This document shows positions 29,680 to 43,730 of a DNA stretch of 64,000 nt, in pieces. The notes below the pieces were generated by a model, which was not told the DNA's origin, did not search any database, and saw only the letters and a list, made by a program, of their open reading frames with translations. This DNA is from Chrysomallon squamiferum (Eukaryota; Animalia; Mollusca). How positions within the stretch are numbered: position 1 is the stretch's first letter; every line of letters starts with the position of its first letter. The DNA lies in the NCBI GenBank assembly GCA_012295275.1, contig CM022678.1:2728001-2792000 (forward strand), in the 5' to 3' direction. The position numbers and the translations under genes are program-made.

Positions 29680-32600
29680 TATTTGTTTAATTTTCAGACA
29701 CTTCACTGACAAGCAATGGTAACATGTCAAGGTCATCACAAGGTCAGGAAGCACAGAAGGAGTTCACAACCAAGTGTGGACTGGATGTTGTTGTTTCTTG
29801 TGCTGATATATTTGAGTCTGGTGCCGAGGCTTTGGTTACCAGTGAGTCCCTGGATTTCTCTAATCCAAGTCCTTGTAACTAAACAATACTTTGAGAAAGA
29901 GGGAATAACTGAAGAAAAGTGGAAAAACAGTTTGAAAGATCAGTATAGAGTTACTGGACAGGGGAAACTATATGAAGCAGGACAACCCCAAAAAGTAAAA
30001 TTCAAACATGTTTTTCATGCAGTTTTCAAAGTTACTATAATAATTACTGGAGATCAGATGTGAAAAGTGTGTTTAAAAATATTGAGATAAAAGCAGAAGA
30101 AAACAGATTGTCTTCCATAGCAATGCCCATTTTTGAATGCTGTAAGTGAATTTTTTTTTTTTTTTTTGTTGTTGTAAATATGACATACCAAGATTATGTC
30201 TTAAGTATGAATTATTGTTAAATATCTGTTATTTATTTATTTGTTTGTTTGTTTATTTCTTAGTTTGTTTGTTTATTCATCATCGTTGTTAATGTGTTTT
30301 AAATATTTAATTAATTAAAAAACCAATTATTTATTTATTTTAAATATTTATTTAATATGTTTATCTTCTTTAAATTTTATATATATATATTTTTTTTTTC
30401 ATCGTTGTCATCATATAATAATAGTAATACTGCTCTTTATTAACTGAAAAGAGAACTGTTTATAACAATTAAGATGAAGTTTAAAATGTACTACAAAACC
30501 AAAATCAAAAAGACTGTTTAATTCATAATTGATACATTGATGATTTTCAGCTGGAGTTAAAGAAGATGTAGCAATACAGACAGTAATTGAGTGTCTCAGC
30601 AGTCTACAAACATCATCCTCACTTAAAACAATCAACATTGTGACATCAGCACCAGACGAATTTCATAAGATTTGTGAGGCCTGTTCGAAAACACTTTCTC
30701 CGAAGAATGAAAAAGTTGGTGTTGGTGCCAAACCTAAAACCAGTAAATCTAGATCCAACTCCAGTCATGAATCCAGTGTCACCAAACATGGATCAAGTTT
30801 TATTAAATCTGCATCCAGTGTCACATGCAGTGACAGTGTCACTAATTCTGTATGGAGTGTCACTAATTTTGTATCCAGGACTAATTTTGTATCCAGTGTC
30901 TCTAATTCTGCATCAAGTATGATAAAAGGAGGAAATAGTGTCACCCAGGATGGATCCAAGCTTGCAAGAAATAGATCTCGTAAGTCACACTGGAAAATAC
31001 GTGTGTCTGTGTGTGTGTATGAATATTTGTGTTTAGTGTTATGTATGCATGTGTATGTGTGTATGTATGTGTGCATGGATGTGTGTGTGTGTCCCTATAA
31101 TGTGTCTATGAATGTGTATGCATGAAAATAAGTACTTTTATATGTATGTTTCTCTGTGTTTGAGCATCTACATTTGTACATATGTTTGTGTTTCATAGTT
31201 ATTATTTTTAAAGTAACTTTATTTTTTTTCTATAAATAAAAGGGTTATGGAAAATATTGTTCACATTCTAGGGACATAAACATTTTAAAATAGCCATAAC
31301 TGTCAATTTAAATATGTAATAATCTACATCTTCTACTGATTTAAATATATCATAGTCTACTTCTTTTGTTGTAGGTGAAACATCTACTACCATGACTGAA
31401 CACACACTTCCAAATGACTTCAAGTTTATCATACATCTTGGTGACATTCTTAATGTTCATGCTGATGCAGTAGTTACTGGAGAAAGTCCTTATTTGAGCA
31501 TCAAGAGTTTTGTTACAGATGCTCTCTGTAAACGGGGAGGAATTCGTTTTAATGAGTGGAGAGATGATCTGCTTCAAAGATATGGGACACTCAAATATGG
31601 AAAAGTTTACGAAAGTTATTTATATTCTACAACTGATTTACCATTTAAATACAGCTTCAATGCCATAATGTATGTTTACAGAAGTGGAAAAGATGAACAA
31701 TGGGCAACTGGAATGAATGAAATCTATACAAATATTGTGAAAAAGGCAGAAGATGTCTCTGCTACTTCTGTTGTCATGCCTCTGCTTGGAAGTGGTAAGA
31801 AAATAAAATAAATAAGTAAAACATCTGTCAGAAGTAAATATATAAATAATGAAATAAATAAAGTAAATTAATAAACGGAATAGTTATTACAATATTTCAG
31901 TTGCAGCTGGTTAATTAATTATCAGTCTGGTTTTTTTTTCTGTTTATGGGAGAGTGCACAGAAATGATTTCTTACAGCTAACTGAATGAGCTGAATTTCT
32001 TGTGTTAACATCTGTGTAGCTGTCAATGTTTCGATAGTTAAGTAACAGAATGATGACTTTTAACTGTAGATGAAAAAGTAAAATATTATAAATGTATATG
32101 GAGTGTTTTTTTCTTTAACAGGCCGGGCTGGGGTTCCTGCTGAGCTGACAATTAAAGTTTTGCTGAATTCTTTGACAATGTTGTCTTCACACCGTTTGAA
32201 GGAAATTCATCTTGCCGTCATGGACGAAAAATTATTCAAGATGGTTGACGACGAATGTAAACAGCTAACAAACAATGCTAAAAGTGATCAGATTGAAAGA
32301 GATTTTGACGATGATGGTAAATTAAAGTTTTTCTATTTCAATATCGTTTTTTAATTGTTTCTCAAAAAAATGTTCATGCAAGTGTTAAAAGGATGTATGT
32401 GTAGAATAAACAAAGAAAAATAGAAAGATAATGTAAACAGAGAACTGAGACTGTAACAATAAGCAGTAAAAACAACAGTCCTCTTTAGTCTTCTGATATT
32501 TTCTGCTAAACAATCCCTCTTTACAATATAAGTAATCTTTACCCAAAGAGTGCCTCATTGTCTCAGCCAGGGGGAGTAGGCCCCCCTAATCACTGTAGAG

Positions 32601-32866
32601 TCAAGTGAAATGGACCAGATTCTCCCCTGCCCTACATTTGTGCCCAGCTTACAAGAGCTGGCTTCTTGTAAAATACACAATGTGAGAAACAACATCACTA
32701 TGTTAATTTGTTTTAATTAATTAAACCAAAGCCTAAAACATAAAATTTCTTTGCAATTTGTAATTTTTGTTTTTGTTAATTGATTATTTTGAAACTTAAT
32801 ACTTTTTAAAATTTATTTATTTATTTTTTTTATTTATATTATAATTATTTTTTCAATTTATTTATT

Positions 32867-32926
<60 letters not shown>

Positions 32927-35084
32927 TTATTTTATTATTTATTTTTTTTTTTTTATTTATCAAAGGCTGAAGATGCATTTTGACAAAACATCAACACAAA
33001 GCAGTTTTAGGTAATGTACTTGATTCTGTTATATTTTTTTCAAATACAGCAAACATATTTTATATGTTTTTACAGACGAACCAAGCCATGGACACATGTC
33101 ACTTAAAGCAAAGGCTGATTTGACTGAACCTAAACGTATGAAGTCAAAATATGATTCACAAGATGGAAACACTGCTGAAACGTGTCCTATCTGCATGGAT
33201 GTCATCAGCAAACCAGTAAAACTTTCTAAATGTGGCCATGTATTCTGCAAGGACTGTATTCAACGATGTTTTAAAGAATTCAAGCCTGTGTGTCCCAGTT
33301 GTAACACCATATATGGAGAACTCTCAGGAAACCAGCCAGAGGGTCACATGTCACATGAAATTGACCACTCAAGCAGTCTGCCTGGTCATCCTGGTTGTGG
33401 AACTATTATCATAACATACGACTTCCGTGGTGGTGTTCAAGGAGTCAGTACTAATCTCACTCTCTCTCTCTGTCTCTGAAACAATTGCTTGAGTTATTTC
33501 ACAAGTTAAAACAGACAAAATAATTTAGATTTTTCATTTAAATAGTCATTTACTTTAGAGAATACTGTTTAAAAAAAAAAATTATTTTTATTATAGTGTT
33601 AGTATTTCTTTGTCATTATATATTTCTATATGCTTTTTTTTTTTTTTAGGTAATTTTATTTATTTTATTTTTTTGTTGTGTATATTTAATAATTGATCTT
33701 TTCCTTTCATCTTTGCGTGATCATCACTTTCTTCACTTTCAGTCCTCACATCCCCACCCTGGTCGCAGGTACCATGGTACCACCCGACGAGTGTACCTCC
33801 CTGCCTCACCCGAGGGTAAAAAAGTACTCAGGCTGCTGCAGGTCGCGTTTAAACGTAAACTGACTTTCACCATTGGACGATCGTCAACTACCGGAAGAGA
33901 TGATGTCATAACATGGAACGATATTCACCACAAGACAAGAACTGATGGAGGAGCAGATAGGTAAGAAATGTATTTTTTTTAAATATATATAAGTATGTGA
34001 TATGAAATGTATTTTAAACTTATATAAACATGAGAAAATAAATTAAAATTTAAACAATTTTGTTTAAAAATATAAATAACTATATGGTACGAAATGTATT
34101 TTAAACATGCAAACTTGAGAAAATAAATTAAAATTAATTTTTTTTTAAATATGGTTTATTTTAAAACCCCGATTCTCGCAGTTTATTGCTCACCCTTACT
34201 AATTTGATGTGTTCCGTAAATAGTAATTGATGCACTTTTGTTAAACAGTATTTTGTCTACAATTTGAAAGCACATTCAGTCACACTTTACACACAGCTCG
34301 TAGTTGTCTTCTGGTAGTATTTCCTGTCTCCAGACTGAGATATAACATTAATTTCATGTCTCCATACATTAATTTTTCTTGCAATCTCTATTCCGGCTCA
34401 CCTTGGCTCTTCTCTGCTCATTAAGGTTAATCTCGTTAATCGCCACTTCTGTTCTTCACACATCTCGTTATCCCCATGTGTCTAAATTGGCCTTAATTGC
34501 TCACGCCATTTTCCCATTTCTGGAAGCAGAATAGAACACCTCACTGCTGACCTAATCTGGAGACTGCCAGTTTTGGGAACATACCTTTTAAATATGCAAA
34601 CTTGAGAAAATAAATTAAAATATTTTTTTTTTTTTTTTAAATAGCTATATGGTTTAGAAATGCATTTTACACATACATAAACATGAGAAAATAAATTAAA
34701 ATTATTTTTTTTTTTTTTTTTTCTAAATGTAAATAACTATATAGTACTAAATGTATTTTAAACATATGTTAATATGAGGAAATAAATTAAACATCAAAAA
34801 ACATTTGAGTGTAGATAAATATATGGTTTATGGTATAAAATTTATATTAAACATGTATGTAAACATAAAGAAATAAACTGGTAATTAAACTTAAATATAT
34901 GAAATTTACTACAAACGTGTAATTATTAGGAAATAAACTTTAAAAAAAAACAGAGGTTTTTCAGATGGCTTTAATTTAACAGTATTTCAAATTGTTTTTC
35001 AGATATGGATATCCCGATCCAACCTATCTCTCTCGTGTTAAATCTGAGCTTGAAGCAAAGGGAATTACTGAAGCGGATTTGTGA
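22449..35084 (+). CDS. DTX3L-like: Gene C: five macrodomains + RING-HC + DTC Deltex E3 ligase (~1700 aa if two disrupted exons are repaired)
   Basis: Exons 22436(ATG 22449, AACCATGG)-22866, 24489-24713, 25050-25484, 26512-27488, 28070-28522, 28890-29357, 29698-30141, 30551-30979, 31375-31794, 32122-32316, 33076-33443, 33743-33960 and 35003-35084. All GT-AG with consistent phases. Exons 4 and 7 carry frame disruptions. Confidence 0.8.
23490..23780. repeat. Intronic AT-rich tandem repeat (~46 bp)
   Basis: Repeated CTAAAATACAATTTATACAATACTGCAATCATTATTATTTGTAATA. Confidence 0.8.
24489..24713 (+). CDS. Gene C exon 2: macrodomain 1 C-half
   Basis: [21 protein letters not shown]; phase 1-1. Confidence 0.7.
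25050..25484 (+). CDS. Gene C exon 3: macrodomain 2 N-half
   Basis: [22 protein letters not shown]...HVFHAIVP...[10 protein letters not shown]. Confidence 0.85.
26512..27488 (+). CDS. Gene C exon 4: macrodomain 2 C-half plus 39-bp (13-aa [13 protein letters not shown]-type) repeat linker; frame lost after ~26940
   Basis: [22 protein letters not shown], then tandem repeats; the likely donor is GTCT|GTAAGT at 27488 (3' end uncertain). Confidence 0.6.
28070..28522 (+). CDS. Gene C exon 5: macrodomain 3 N-half
   Basis: [22 protein letters not shown]...[10 protein letters not shown]. Confidence 0.85.
28890..29357 (+). CDS. Gene C exon 6: macrodomain 3 C-half plus Ser/Thr linker
   Basis: [22 protein letters not shown]; donor TCAG|GTGAGT. 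Confidence 0.8.
29698..30141 (+). CDS. Gene C exon 7: macrodomain 4 N-half with +1 (~29871) and -1 (~30025) indels
   Basis: Paralog of 28070-28522; intact splice sites, but the in-frame reading hits TAA near 29880. Confidence 0.65.
30551..30979 (+). CDS. Gene C exon 8: macrodomain 4 C-half plus Ser/Thr linker
   Basis: [15 protein letters not shown]..; donor TCTC|GTAAGT. Confidence 0.8.
31375..31794 (+). CDS. Gene C exon 9: macrodomain 5 N-half
   Basis: [19 protein letters not shown]...[10 protein letters not shown]. Confidence 0.85.
32122..32316 (+). CDS. Gene C exon 10: macrodomain 5 C-half
   Basis: [22 protein letters not shown]; donor GATG|GTAAAT. Confidence 0.85.
33076..33443 (+). CDS. 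Gene C exon 11: RING-HC and DTC start
   Basis: [41 protein letters not shown]. Confidence 0.92.
33743..33960 (+). CDS. Gene C exon 12: DTC core
   Basis: [43 protein letters not shown]; 218 nt. Confidence 0.92.
35003..35084 (+). CDS. Gene C exon 13: DTC C-terminus
   Basis: [26 protein letters not shown], stop TGA. Confidence 0.9.
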
Positions 35085-36413
35085 GGTAAAAAAAAAAAAA
35101 AAAAAAAAGTTTAAGAAAAAGAAGATTAAATGAAAGAATCAAAAAAAAATAAAAAAATAAAGTAAAGAAAAATTAAAACATGAAAGAAAGCGATGAAAAT
35201 AAATCAAAAACGAATAAACAAATATTTGAAAAATAACATGAAAAGAAAAGAAAAGAATAAGGATAAAAATGAAAATAAAACATGGCAGAAAGAAGAAATG
35301 AAATTACTGACATGTTTCACTTTTAACAATAAGTCTGATGTTACCAACTTTGGGAAATTACAAAAGAAATATCTAATAAGAAGATAAATAAATTAATTAA
35401 TTAATTAAATTTATTTATGTATTTATTTTATTTTATTTTATTTTATTTTATTTTATTTTTTTATTTTTGAATTTATATAAACATAAACAAAATTTGTAAA
35501 ACAAGCAGACATTCAGACAAATAAACAAATTTTTTGTAGATTACCAGTCAATTTTTTTTTTTTGACCTCTGTTTTTATTTTATTTTTTCATTGTTATTTT
35601 GTTGGGTTTTTTTATGTACTTACTTTTGTACAAAACTACATAAATATACAAACTATACATACACACATGCACCATTGTAGAATATATATTTATTATAGCT
35701 TAGAATTGTATATGTTTTTAGATACACTTATATATTATTATTTATAATCCTCTGTTACTTGCTTTTAATTTCTACCAGTTTGCAGAGCACCACAGCTATT
35801 CTGTTTCCCTAATTTGTAGTCAAACAGTATGTCGGTCTCTTTATATGTATATATATTCTCTGTATTTCTCCACAAAATAATAATCAGATACACATAATAC
35901 ATGAAAACATTGAATGTAGACATGTGATAAATAGCCTAGAGAGAGAGAGAGAGAGAGAGAGAGATGGTTTATCAAAACAAGAAAGAGCATTCTAACTTAA
36001 AAACAAAATTATTGTTACACTGATTTTAATCGCTATTTTTTTTTTTTTTTTTTTTTTCATTTCTTCATAATTATAAATGTTTTGTAATGTTAAGGCCTTA
36101 ATTTATGAATCTAAATACTACAGGTAAATTACTTGTACCTGTAAGAAAATTTTTTTTTTTTTTTTTTTAAATGTTAAAAAAGTTAACATTTAATTACTGT
36201 TAAAGATTTTGACCAATACTGTATCCATTAACATCAGATTAAAACACAAAATGAAAAGACAAATGTTTTTCATTTAATTTTAAAAATGTTTTAAAATATA
36301 TATTTTCAGAATTCTTTTAATCAATATTTGTAAATTAAGGCCATATTTTTTTTTTCCGTGATATACTTTGAGCTTGATGTAGATGCTATTGTTAGAAAGG
36401 ATTGTTTTAATTT

Positions 36414-36492
<79 letters not shown>

Positions 36493-37034
36493 TATATATA
36501 CATACATACATATATATATATATATTTGGTCTTTTTTTGTTGTTTTTTTTACTTACTATTAATAAATGACAATTCCTTGTCCAAAATCTTATTGATTAGA
36601 ATTTTACAGGATTAAGAATTTGTAGGATTCTAGAAAAGAATATTCAAATGTCAGAAAGAGAGCAAAAACATGTTTTGGATTTAAGAAATTGTAGGATATT
36701 ATATTAAAAAAAAAAGAAAGAAAAAAAAAGGAAAAACTGGCCAACTAATGTCTTTAGAAATTTTTATGATTTTGGAAATTAATATTAAAAAGACAATTCA
36801 ACATTCTGGACTTAAGAAATCGCATTCTGGAATACAATATTATAAATAAAAATAAGGTAAACTGGCATCTTTAGGTATATAAAACAGTAATTCAGAAGTT
36901 TCGAAATCATTTTACATTCTATATACAGCTAGTAATTGACATTAATATTGATTTACAGAAACAATTTTTTTTTTTTTTTGGTTTTGGGTTCAAAACATGT
37001 ATCGTGAACTCTGAATAATTTCAAATTATGATTT

Positions 37035-37065
<31 letters not shown>

Positions 37066-38060
37066 ATTTTTTTTTTTTTTAAAAATAATTTTGGACAAGA
37101 GATGAATCATCTATGTTATTTTTCATAACAAACCTTTTTTGTGAAGTAATCTAGTGTGCACAGTTATTAAAGATAGTGTTATTAATGTTTATGTTTGTTT
37201 TGTTTTTGGTTGTTTTTAAAACTATTCTTTAAAGTAAAACAAAACAACAAATATGTATATGAATACTAACACACATACACACACACACACACACACGTGT
37301 ATATGTAACACACATACACATACATACAGAGATAAAATTGGTAACTACGATTCAAACTTGAGCACAGCTTTATAAATACAGAATTATGGATACTAGCATT
37401 TAACAAAACATAATGTTACTATTATTTGTTACTATGATGTATTCAAAATGAATGTAACATGTGTACACTAACACTTTTATATTATTCCAAAAAATCATCA
37501 CCCACTTCAAATGTGTTTGTACGAAGATTACGAAGATGCCATGTCGTGTATTCAAAGAAACAACCAAAAAATTCATTTTTTATTTTTTTTTAAAAGTATT
37601 GAAGAATGGATGGATGAAGATGTAGGTGATAAGCTAAATTATTTCCACTGATGAAGAGGATCAGACAAATCACACACCATGTACACAGCTGTCAGTGACG
37701 TAAAACAGACACTTAAACAGCTATTGGCCTAACGGGAAAACCACACACCACGTAGACAGCTGTCAGTGATGTAAAACAGACTATTGGCCTAACGGGAAAA
37801 CCAAGCTGTTTTCTGCTCCTTAAAACGTCTGGGGTCTTTTATATCTTTTATATCAGTGATCCCTGGTAATTTAAACTATTTCTACAGCTATTACTACTAC
37901 CATTATTATTAAATGTTAACCCTCAAAACAAAAACAAAAAAACCATTTAAAATTTGAGAAAGCTTTTAATGCAAAAATAATCACAAACATTAAAAAAACA
38001 AATCATCACAGTATTCAGAAACTCTTCTTATATTTCTGGTCAAATATATATGTGTGTGTA

Positions 38061-38104
<44 letters not shown>

Positions 38105-39101
38105 TGTATGTATGTATTTGTGTATGTGAGTTTGTGCATATGTATATATATGTGTTTGTGTGTGTATGTATATGTGCTTGCAGCAAAGCTTAGTTGGTCT
38201 GCAATGTAAATATTGTAGTGTATGTGAATATATGTTCAAGTGTTTATGTTGGGATTGTAAGTGTTTATATATGATAAAAGTGTGTCATCTGTGTGTGTAT
38301 AGGTTTGCATGCACATGTGTTTGTGTGTGTGTATATATACATCTGTATATGGTTATGTATGTTTGGATATGTGTGTGTGTGTGTTTTTGTGTGTGTGTGT
38401 GTACAATATATAACTACAATGTGAACTTCAGCACTTATGTATACACACAGAATATGGATTCCAACACACAATAAAATATAATGTTAATGCTATTACTGTT
38501 TACTCAGTAAATTATACTGTACAGAAAAATGGAATGCTTGTGACTGGAAATGTTTAAACATTTTTTTTTTTTTTTTGATTTTGTGATATTAAGGAGACAG
38601 CCTTCACACACATGAACTGTGTGAAATTCCAAAATCTGTAATATTTTCCAAGTAGCAGAAATTACCATATCTGTCAGACAGTTTTACGAACACAAAACTT
38701 TTTTTTAACTATAAAATTATAAAAAATATTTATATAAAAAGTCCTGTAGACCTCTTGTATATGAAATATACATTGGAATTTGGATTTAGATGTGTATTCT
38801 ATTCTCATGCTGACTCTTTATATTCTGAAATACGAAACATGTCCAATCACATGCATTTTGTATAAAAGATTCTCACTCAACCTAATATATATATATATAA
38901 AAAAAAGAAAAGAAAGAAAAGCAACTAAGAAATCTATTACTGATATAGAATAAAAGATTACTATTACTAAAACATAAAAGATTAAATAATATAACTTTAC
39001 AGACCATTAAAAGAGGGTTTTGTGTATTTTAAACCACAGACTTGAAAATATAATACTGACTGTAATAACAATAATAATAACAGCAACAAAAATAATACTG
39101 A

Positions 39102-39164
<63 letters not shown>

Positions 39165-39718
39165 TGATGATAATTACAACTGCAAATCTAGTATGAAGAT
39201 GTTCAGTTTTAGACAAGAATTTTAACTATTCAGTTTTGAAAAAGATTTTTTAAACAAGGTGATATTCAACTATAAAATTCTGGATGTCACAGTTCAGTCA
39301 AAGTTTAGAAATTACAAAAAATGAATGATTTTAATAAATGATGACTTTTCCATGATTATTTTAAACAGTAACTTTCAACAGAAAGTTTTCAAAGCCAAAA
39401 AAAAAAAAAAATTTCAGCTGTGGAAATGCTTTCATTATTATTTATCTGAGAACAGTATCAACAATTTTTAGCCACATTCTATTTAGAAGATGCATCTAAA
39501 CTGCAATTGTGACTACCTGATTCTTTTATCACTTTTATAAATCACATTAAACTTTTATAAATCATGTTAAATTTTTATAAATCAAGTTAAACTTTTATAA
39601 ATCAAGTTACGTTCTATAAAAATCATGTTATACTGTTAGTAATCGTGTTACACTTTTATCAAACATGTTACATTTTTATAACTCATACATTTTGCTGTTA
39701 GTAATCTTTTATAAGTTT

Positions 39719-39797
39719 TCAAGAATCTTCGGTTACACCCTTACTGGCTAATTCTTCTTGTACTCTGGTCAGATAGGTTGGATCAGGATAACCAAAC
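39719..39797 (-). CDS. Gene D terminal exon
   Basis: [25 protein letters not shown]. Confidence 0.9.
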
Positions 39798-42700
39798 CTG
39801 GAACAGGAAATTTTTCTCATAAATATTCATTTAATATACGATTTTATCATACAAATAATTGTAATCATTGTTGTTATGATGATGATGATGATAATGATGA
39901 TTATTATTGTGATTATTATTATATTATTATTATGGATATTATTATTATTATTATTATTATTTTATAATACTTCTACTGCAACAAAAATAAAAGTAAATAA
40001 ATAATATAGAAGAATACATCTGCCAGTGTCTCTGTTTGCAGCACAATTATATTATGGTCCATGTGAACTGTGTGTAATCTTTTGACAGTGCCTTTTAGAA
40101 ATGTTACGGTGCTCTTTTTCATATGGAACCTTCATCAGAAAAGCTATTATAAAAATAAATAAATAAACAATAAAGACCCTACCCTTGTGCTCCGCCATAT
40201 GGATTAGTCTTGTGGTGAATATCATTCCAAATAACACAGTCGTCCATACCAGTGGTTGCCGAGCGACCAACAGTAAACGTCAGTTTTCTGTCAAATGCTT
40301 TCTGCAGCAGTCGACAAACTTTCTGTCCCTCAGGGCAGTCAGGCAGATAGGCGGTCCTGTATGTGCCATGGTAAACAGCCCCAGGGTGGGGGTGGTCTTT
40401 CTGTGTTACGAAAAATATGCAGTATTATATCATGGCTTACAGTTTTAAGCTTGACTGTCATTATAATATTTAAGATTATTAGTTTTTGTTTTCCGTGTTT
40501 TATTATTATTATTTACTTATTATCATTATTAATATTATTATTATTATTATTAAAATTCCAGTTATTCTTATTAGTTGTTGTCATAATTATTATTATTATT
40601 ACTGTTTTATTGTTGCTGCTATTATTATTATTACTGTTTATTATTATTATTATTGTAACTCCTATTATTACTACTGTTATTGTTATTGGTGTTGTATTGT
40701 TGTTGTTGTTGTTGTTATTATTAGTGTTTATTATTATTATTATTACTGTTATTGTTGTTCTATTATTATTGTTGTTGTGTTGTTGTTGTAGTTGTTATTA
40801 TTATTATCACATTATTAATATCGTTTATTGTCTTCATCATCATCATCATTACTATCATACTTGTTTAATACACTTACGTTCTGAATTCCATTTTCAAACC
40901 TGTAGTGAATAACAATGGTGTTGTAGTTCTTGTAGCCTGGCAGATGGTCTGTTGTGTTTGACACGTTCATTGTACCAGGGGGCTGATCCCCCACGATGAC
41001 CCCATACACAGTGCCGCACGATGGACAGATAGGTTTGAAATTTTGAAAACATTTGTCTATGCACTCAGTACAGAAAGTATGTCCACATTTATCTAGCTTC
41101 TTCGGGTTGTCTGCCGTGTCCATGCATATAACACAAGTTATTTCTTCTTTTTCTTCATTCTTCTGTTCCTCTTTTTTGATCTTCTGTTCTTTTTCTTCTT
41201 CCTTCTTCTTTTCTTCTTTGATCTTCTGTTCTTTTTCTTCTTCCTTCTTCTTTTCTTCTTCGTTTTTGTTTCTAGGTTCTTCTTCTTCATCCTTTCTGGC
41301 TTCACTTTTCTTCAAGATGTCTTCATTCTTAACTGCTTCTTCTGCAACTGCAGCTTCATTTCCTGTCACAGCATCAGCACCGACAACACAGTGAGGTTGA
41401 GTTCTTTTCATTTTATCATTTGTTTGAAATAAAATTTTCTTTTTAACATTTTCATTTTGACTTTTCACTGGTTTGTTCACTTTTCCTGAAGTGCCTAACT
41501 GTTGCCCTTTGGCCTTTGTTTCTAAAGGCACCTTTTTAATAACAGGATTATTCTTTTTCAAGTTTTGAGTTGCATGTGTTGCATTAGTTCTTTGTAGAGT
41601 GGATTTTTTCTGGTCAGTTTCAAGGGTCGGTGTTTTCTGTGCTGTACCAAGAGAAGAATCTTGAGACTTTTCTGACTTAAAATATTTTTGGCACAAGGAA
41701 GTGATTTTTGTTGTCACTGCTTTGTCCAGTGAAATAATGTTTAATTCTGCCATGTAGGTTTGTCGTGGCTTGAATTCTGCAATGCATCTGACAACAACAT
41801 CTGCAGCAACATCCACAGGTGCTCCTCCCACTGACGTGAAAACAAATAAAACTTACAAACCATATATACATATATATATATTTATATATGCTGATCAGGT
41901 TGGCAGAGACATGTTACACGTATTTTCTGAAACTTTCATGAATTATATATATTTGCTGTAACATTATATATATATCTTACAGACACTAACTGTAGTTGGC
42001 AGGGTTTTACCAGGTACAGCTTTCAAACATCACTGCTATGTTTCAAGGCTAGGATCAGTGCCACTCCAGATGACACTTGATACTGCCATGTACAAACAAA
42101 GTCTCCTAAGCATAATTCACTCCTTCCGGAAAATGAACACCAAAAAAAGACTCTAGCTATGACATAAATTACTCTTTAAGTTATATTGGTTTTCTCATCA
42201 AAACAATTTCAGGAAATATTTATATAAATTTTCACTAACTAAGAATATCTACAAACTTATTAAAAAAAAACAACTTATGAATACTAACAAATTAATAAAA
42301 AAAACTATAAATGCATAAAAACTGACAGTAATAAAAAGAAAAATATTAATACTCTCAAACTAATATTAGTAATAATAATTTCCAAAAATATGGTTACTTA
42401 CAAAGGAGAGGCATAGCCACTGTTCTAAAATTCCTTTTTTCGGCGGTCTCAAAAATATTTTTATATATTTCCTCCATCTTCTGTACCCAAGTCTGCTGGC
42501 CATCTGCAGAATATTTGTTCACATGAACATGACATATATTTTTAAATGATATTTTTCCGATACCATCCACATGTAAAATTGTAACATCTTTACATAAAGT
42601 TTTTTCCTTCTCAATCGTTGTTAACTGAGGGCCTACTTCTTTGAGCACCAGTTTCGTTTCTTCACAGTTTTTCTTGTCATCTTCAATAATGACAACATCG

Positions 42701-43692
42701 GCTGTTGCTTTTGAAATGTCACCACAGGAAACTTTAACAGAGATTTTGTGGCCTTTATTAAATGTCGGCACAGAATTCTCGTTCATTTTGTAATCCCGTA
42801 CATTCTGAAAATTAAAATAAAAAGTAAATAGATCTGCAACAGTGACAGAAATTAAAATAATTCTAAATACATTTATATATGTGTGTGTGGCTAGTCTGTA
42901 TGTATGTGCATGTATGTTTATGCGTGTGTATGTATTTGCATGTATGTTTATGCGTGTGTGTGTATGTGCATGTATGTTTATGCGTAGTGTATGTATTTGC
43001 ATGTATGTTTATGCGTGTGTATGTATTTGCATGTATGTTTATGCGTGTGTGTGTATGTATTTGCATGTATGTTTATGTGTGTGTTATTGTTTGTATGTGT
43101 ATCAAAGGATGTACAGTTATGCATTGTGTTTCTGTTGTCTGTCTGTGTATTTGTCATGTGCATGTGCTTAGGTATACATAAGAATGATACAGAGTATAAG
43201 CAGGCAGGGAGATGAGTTAAAAAAAGAAAAGATGAGAGAGAGACAAAATTGCAAGAAAGTATAAGTTATCACCAAAACTTGTAATTAATTTCCTATGATA
43301 ACAAATAACAAATCCATGAACAATACAAGTAAAATCATTTTTAAAAAGATCCAACTGACATCAGATTAGACTGGCTGAAGGGTTTTTTCAAAACATTTTT
43401 CTTTTTCTTTCTTTGAATATGTATCTTTTTTCTTTTTTTCATATTTTCTTTTTTCACTAACAAGTAACAATATATTTAGATATAAAAATAAACAAAACTA
43501 AGAAAGTTATAATCTACTCATTTCTATTTCTTAAACTATCATGAAACAATTTTAGACTGATATTTATTTCATTTTAACAGCCATAAAACATGGTGGGAAA
43601 TTATAAATTAGAGAAAGAGGTGTAGGAATTCTATCATTTCTAACAAGATTATATCAATGAAGAGTTGTTGTGTATGTTTCTGTGTTAGTGTT

Positions 43693-43730
<38 letters not shown>

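Noticed and set aside
13190-32316. Possibility that the tandem macrodomain exons belong to a PARP9/14/15-type gene
   Set aside because: I found no PARP catalytic (H-Y-E) or WWE exon in the window; exon phases lead directly into the RING-DTC exons in C.
35193-39220. Short ORFs between the convergent ends of C and D
   Set aside because: Low-complexity A-rich, (TA)n, (TG)n and (AAT)n DNA without coding signal.
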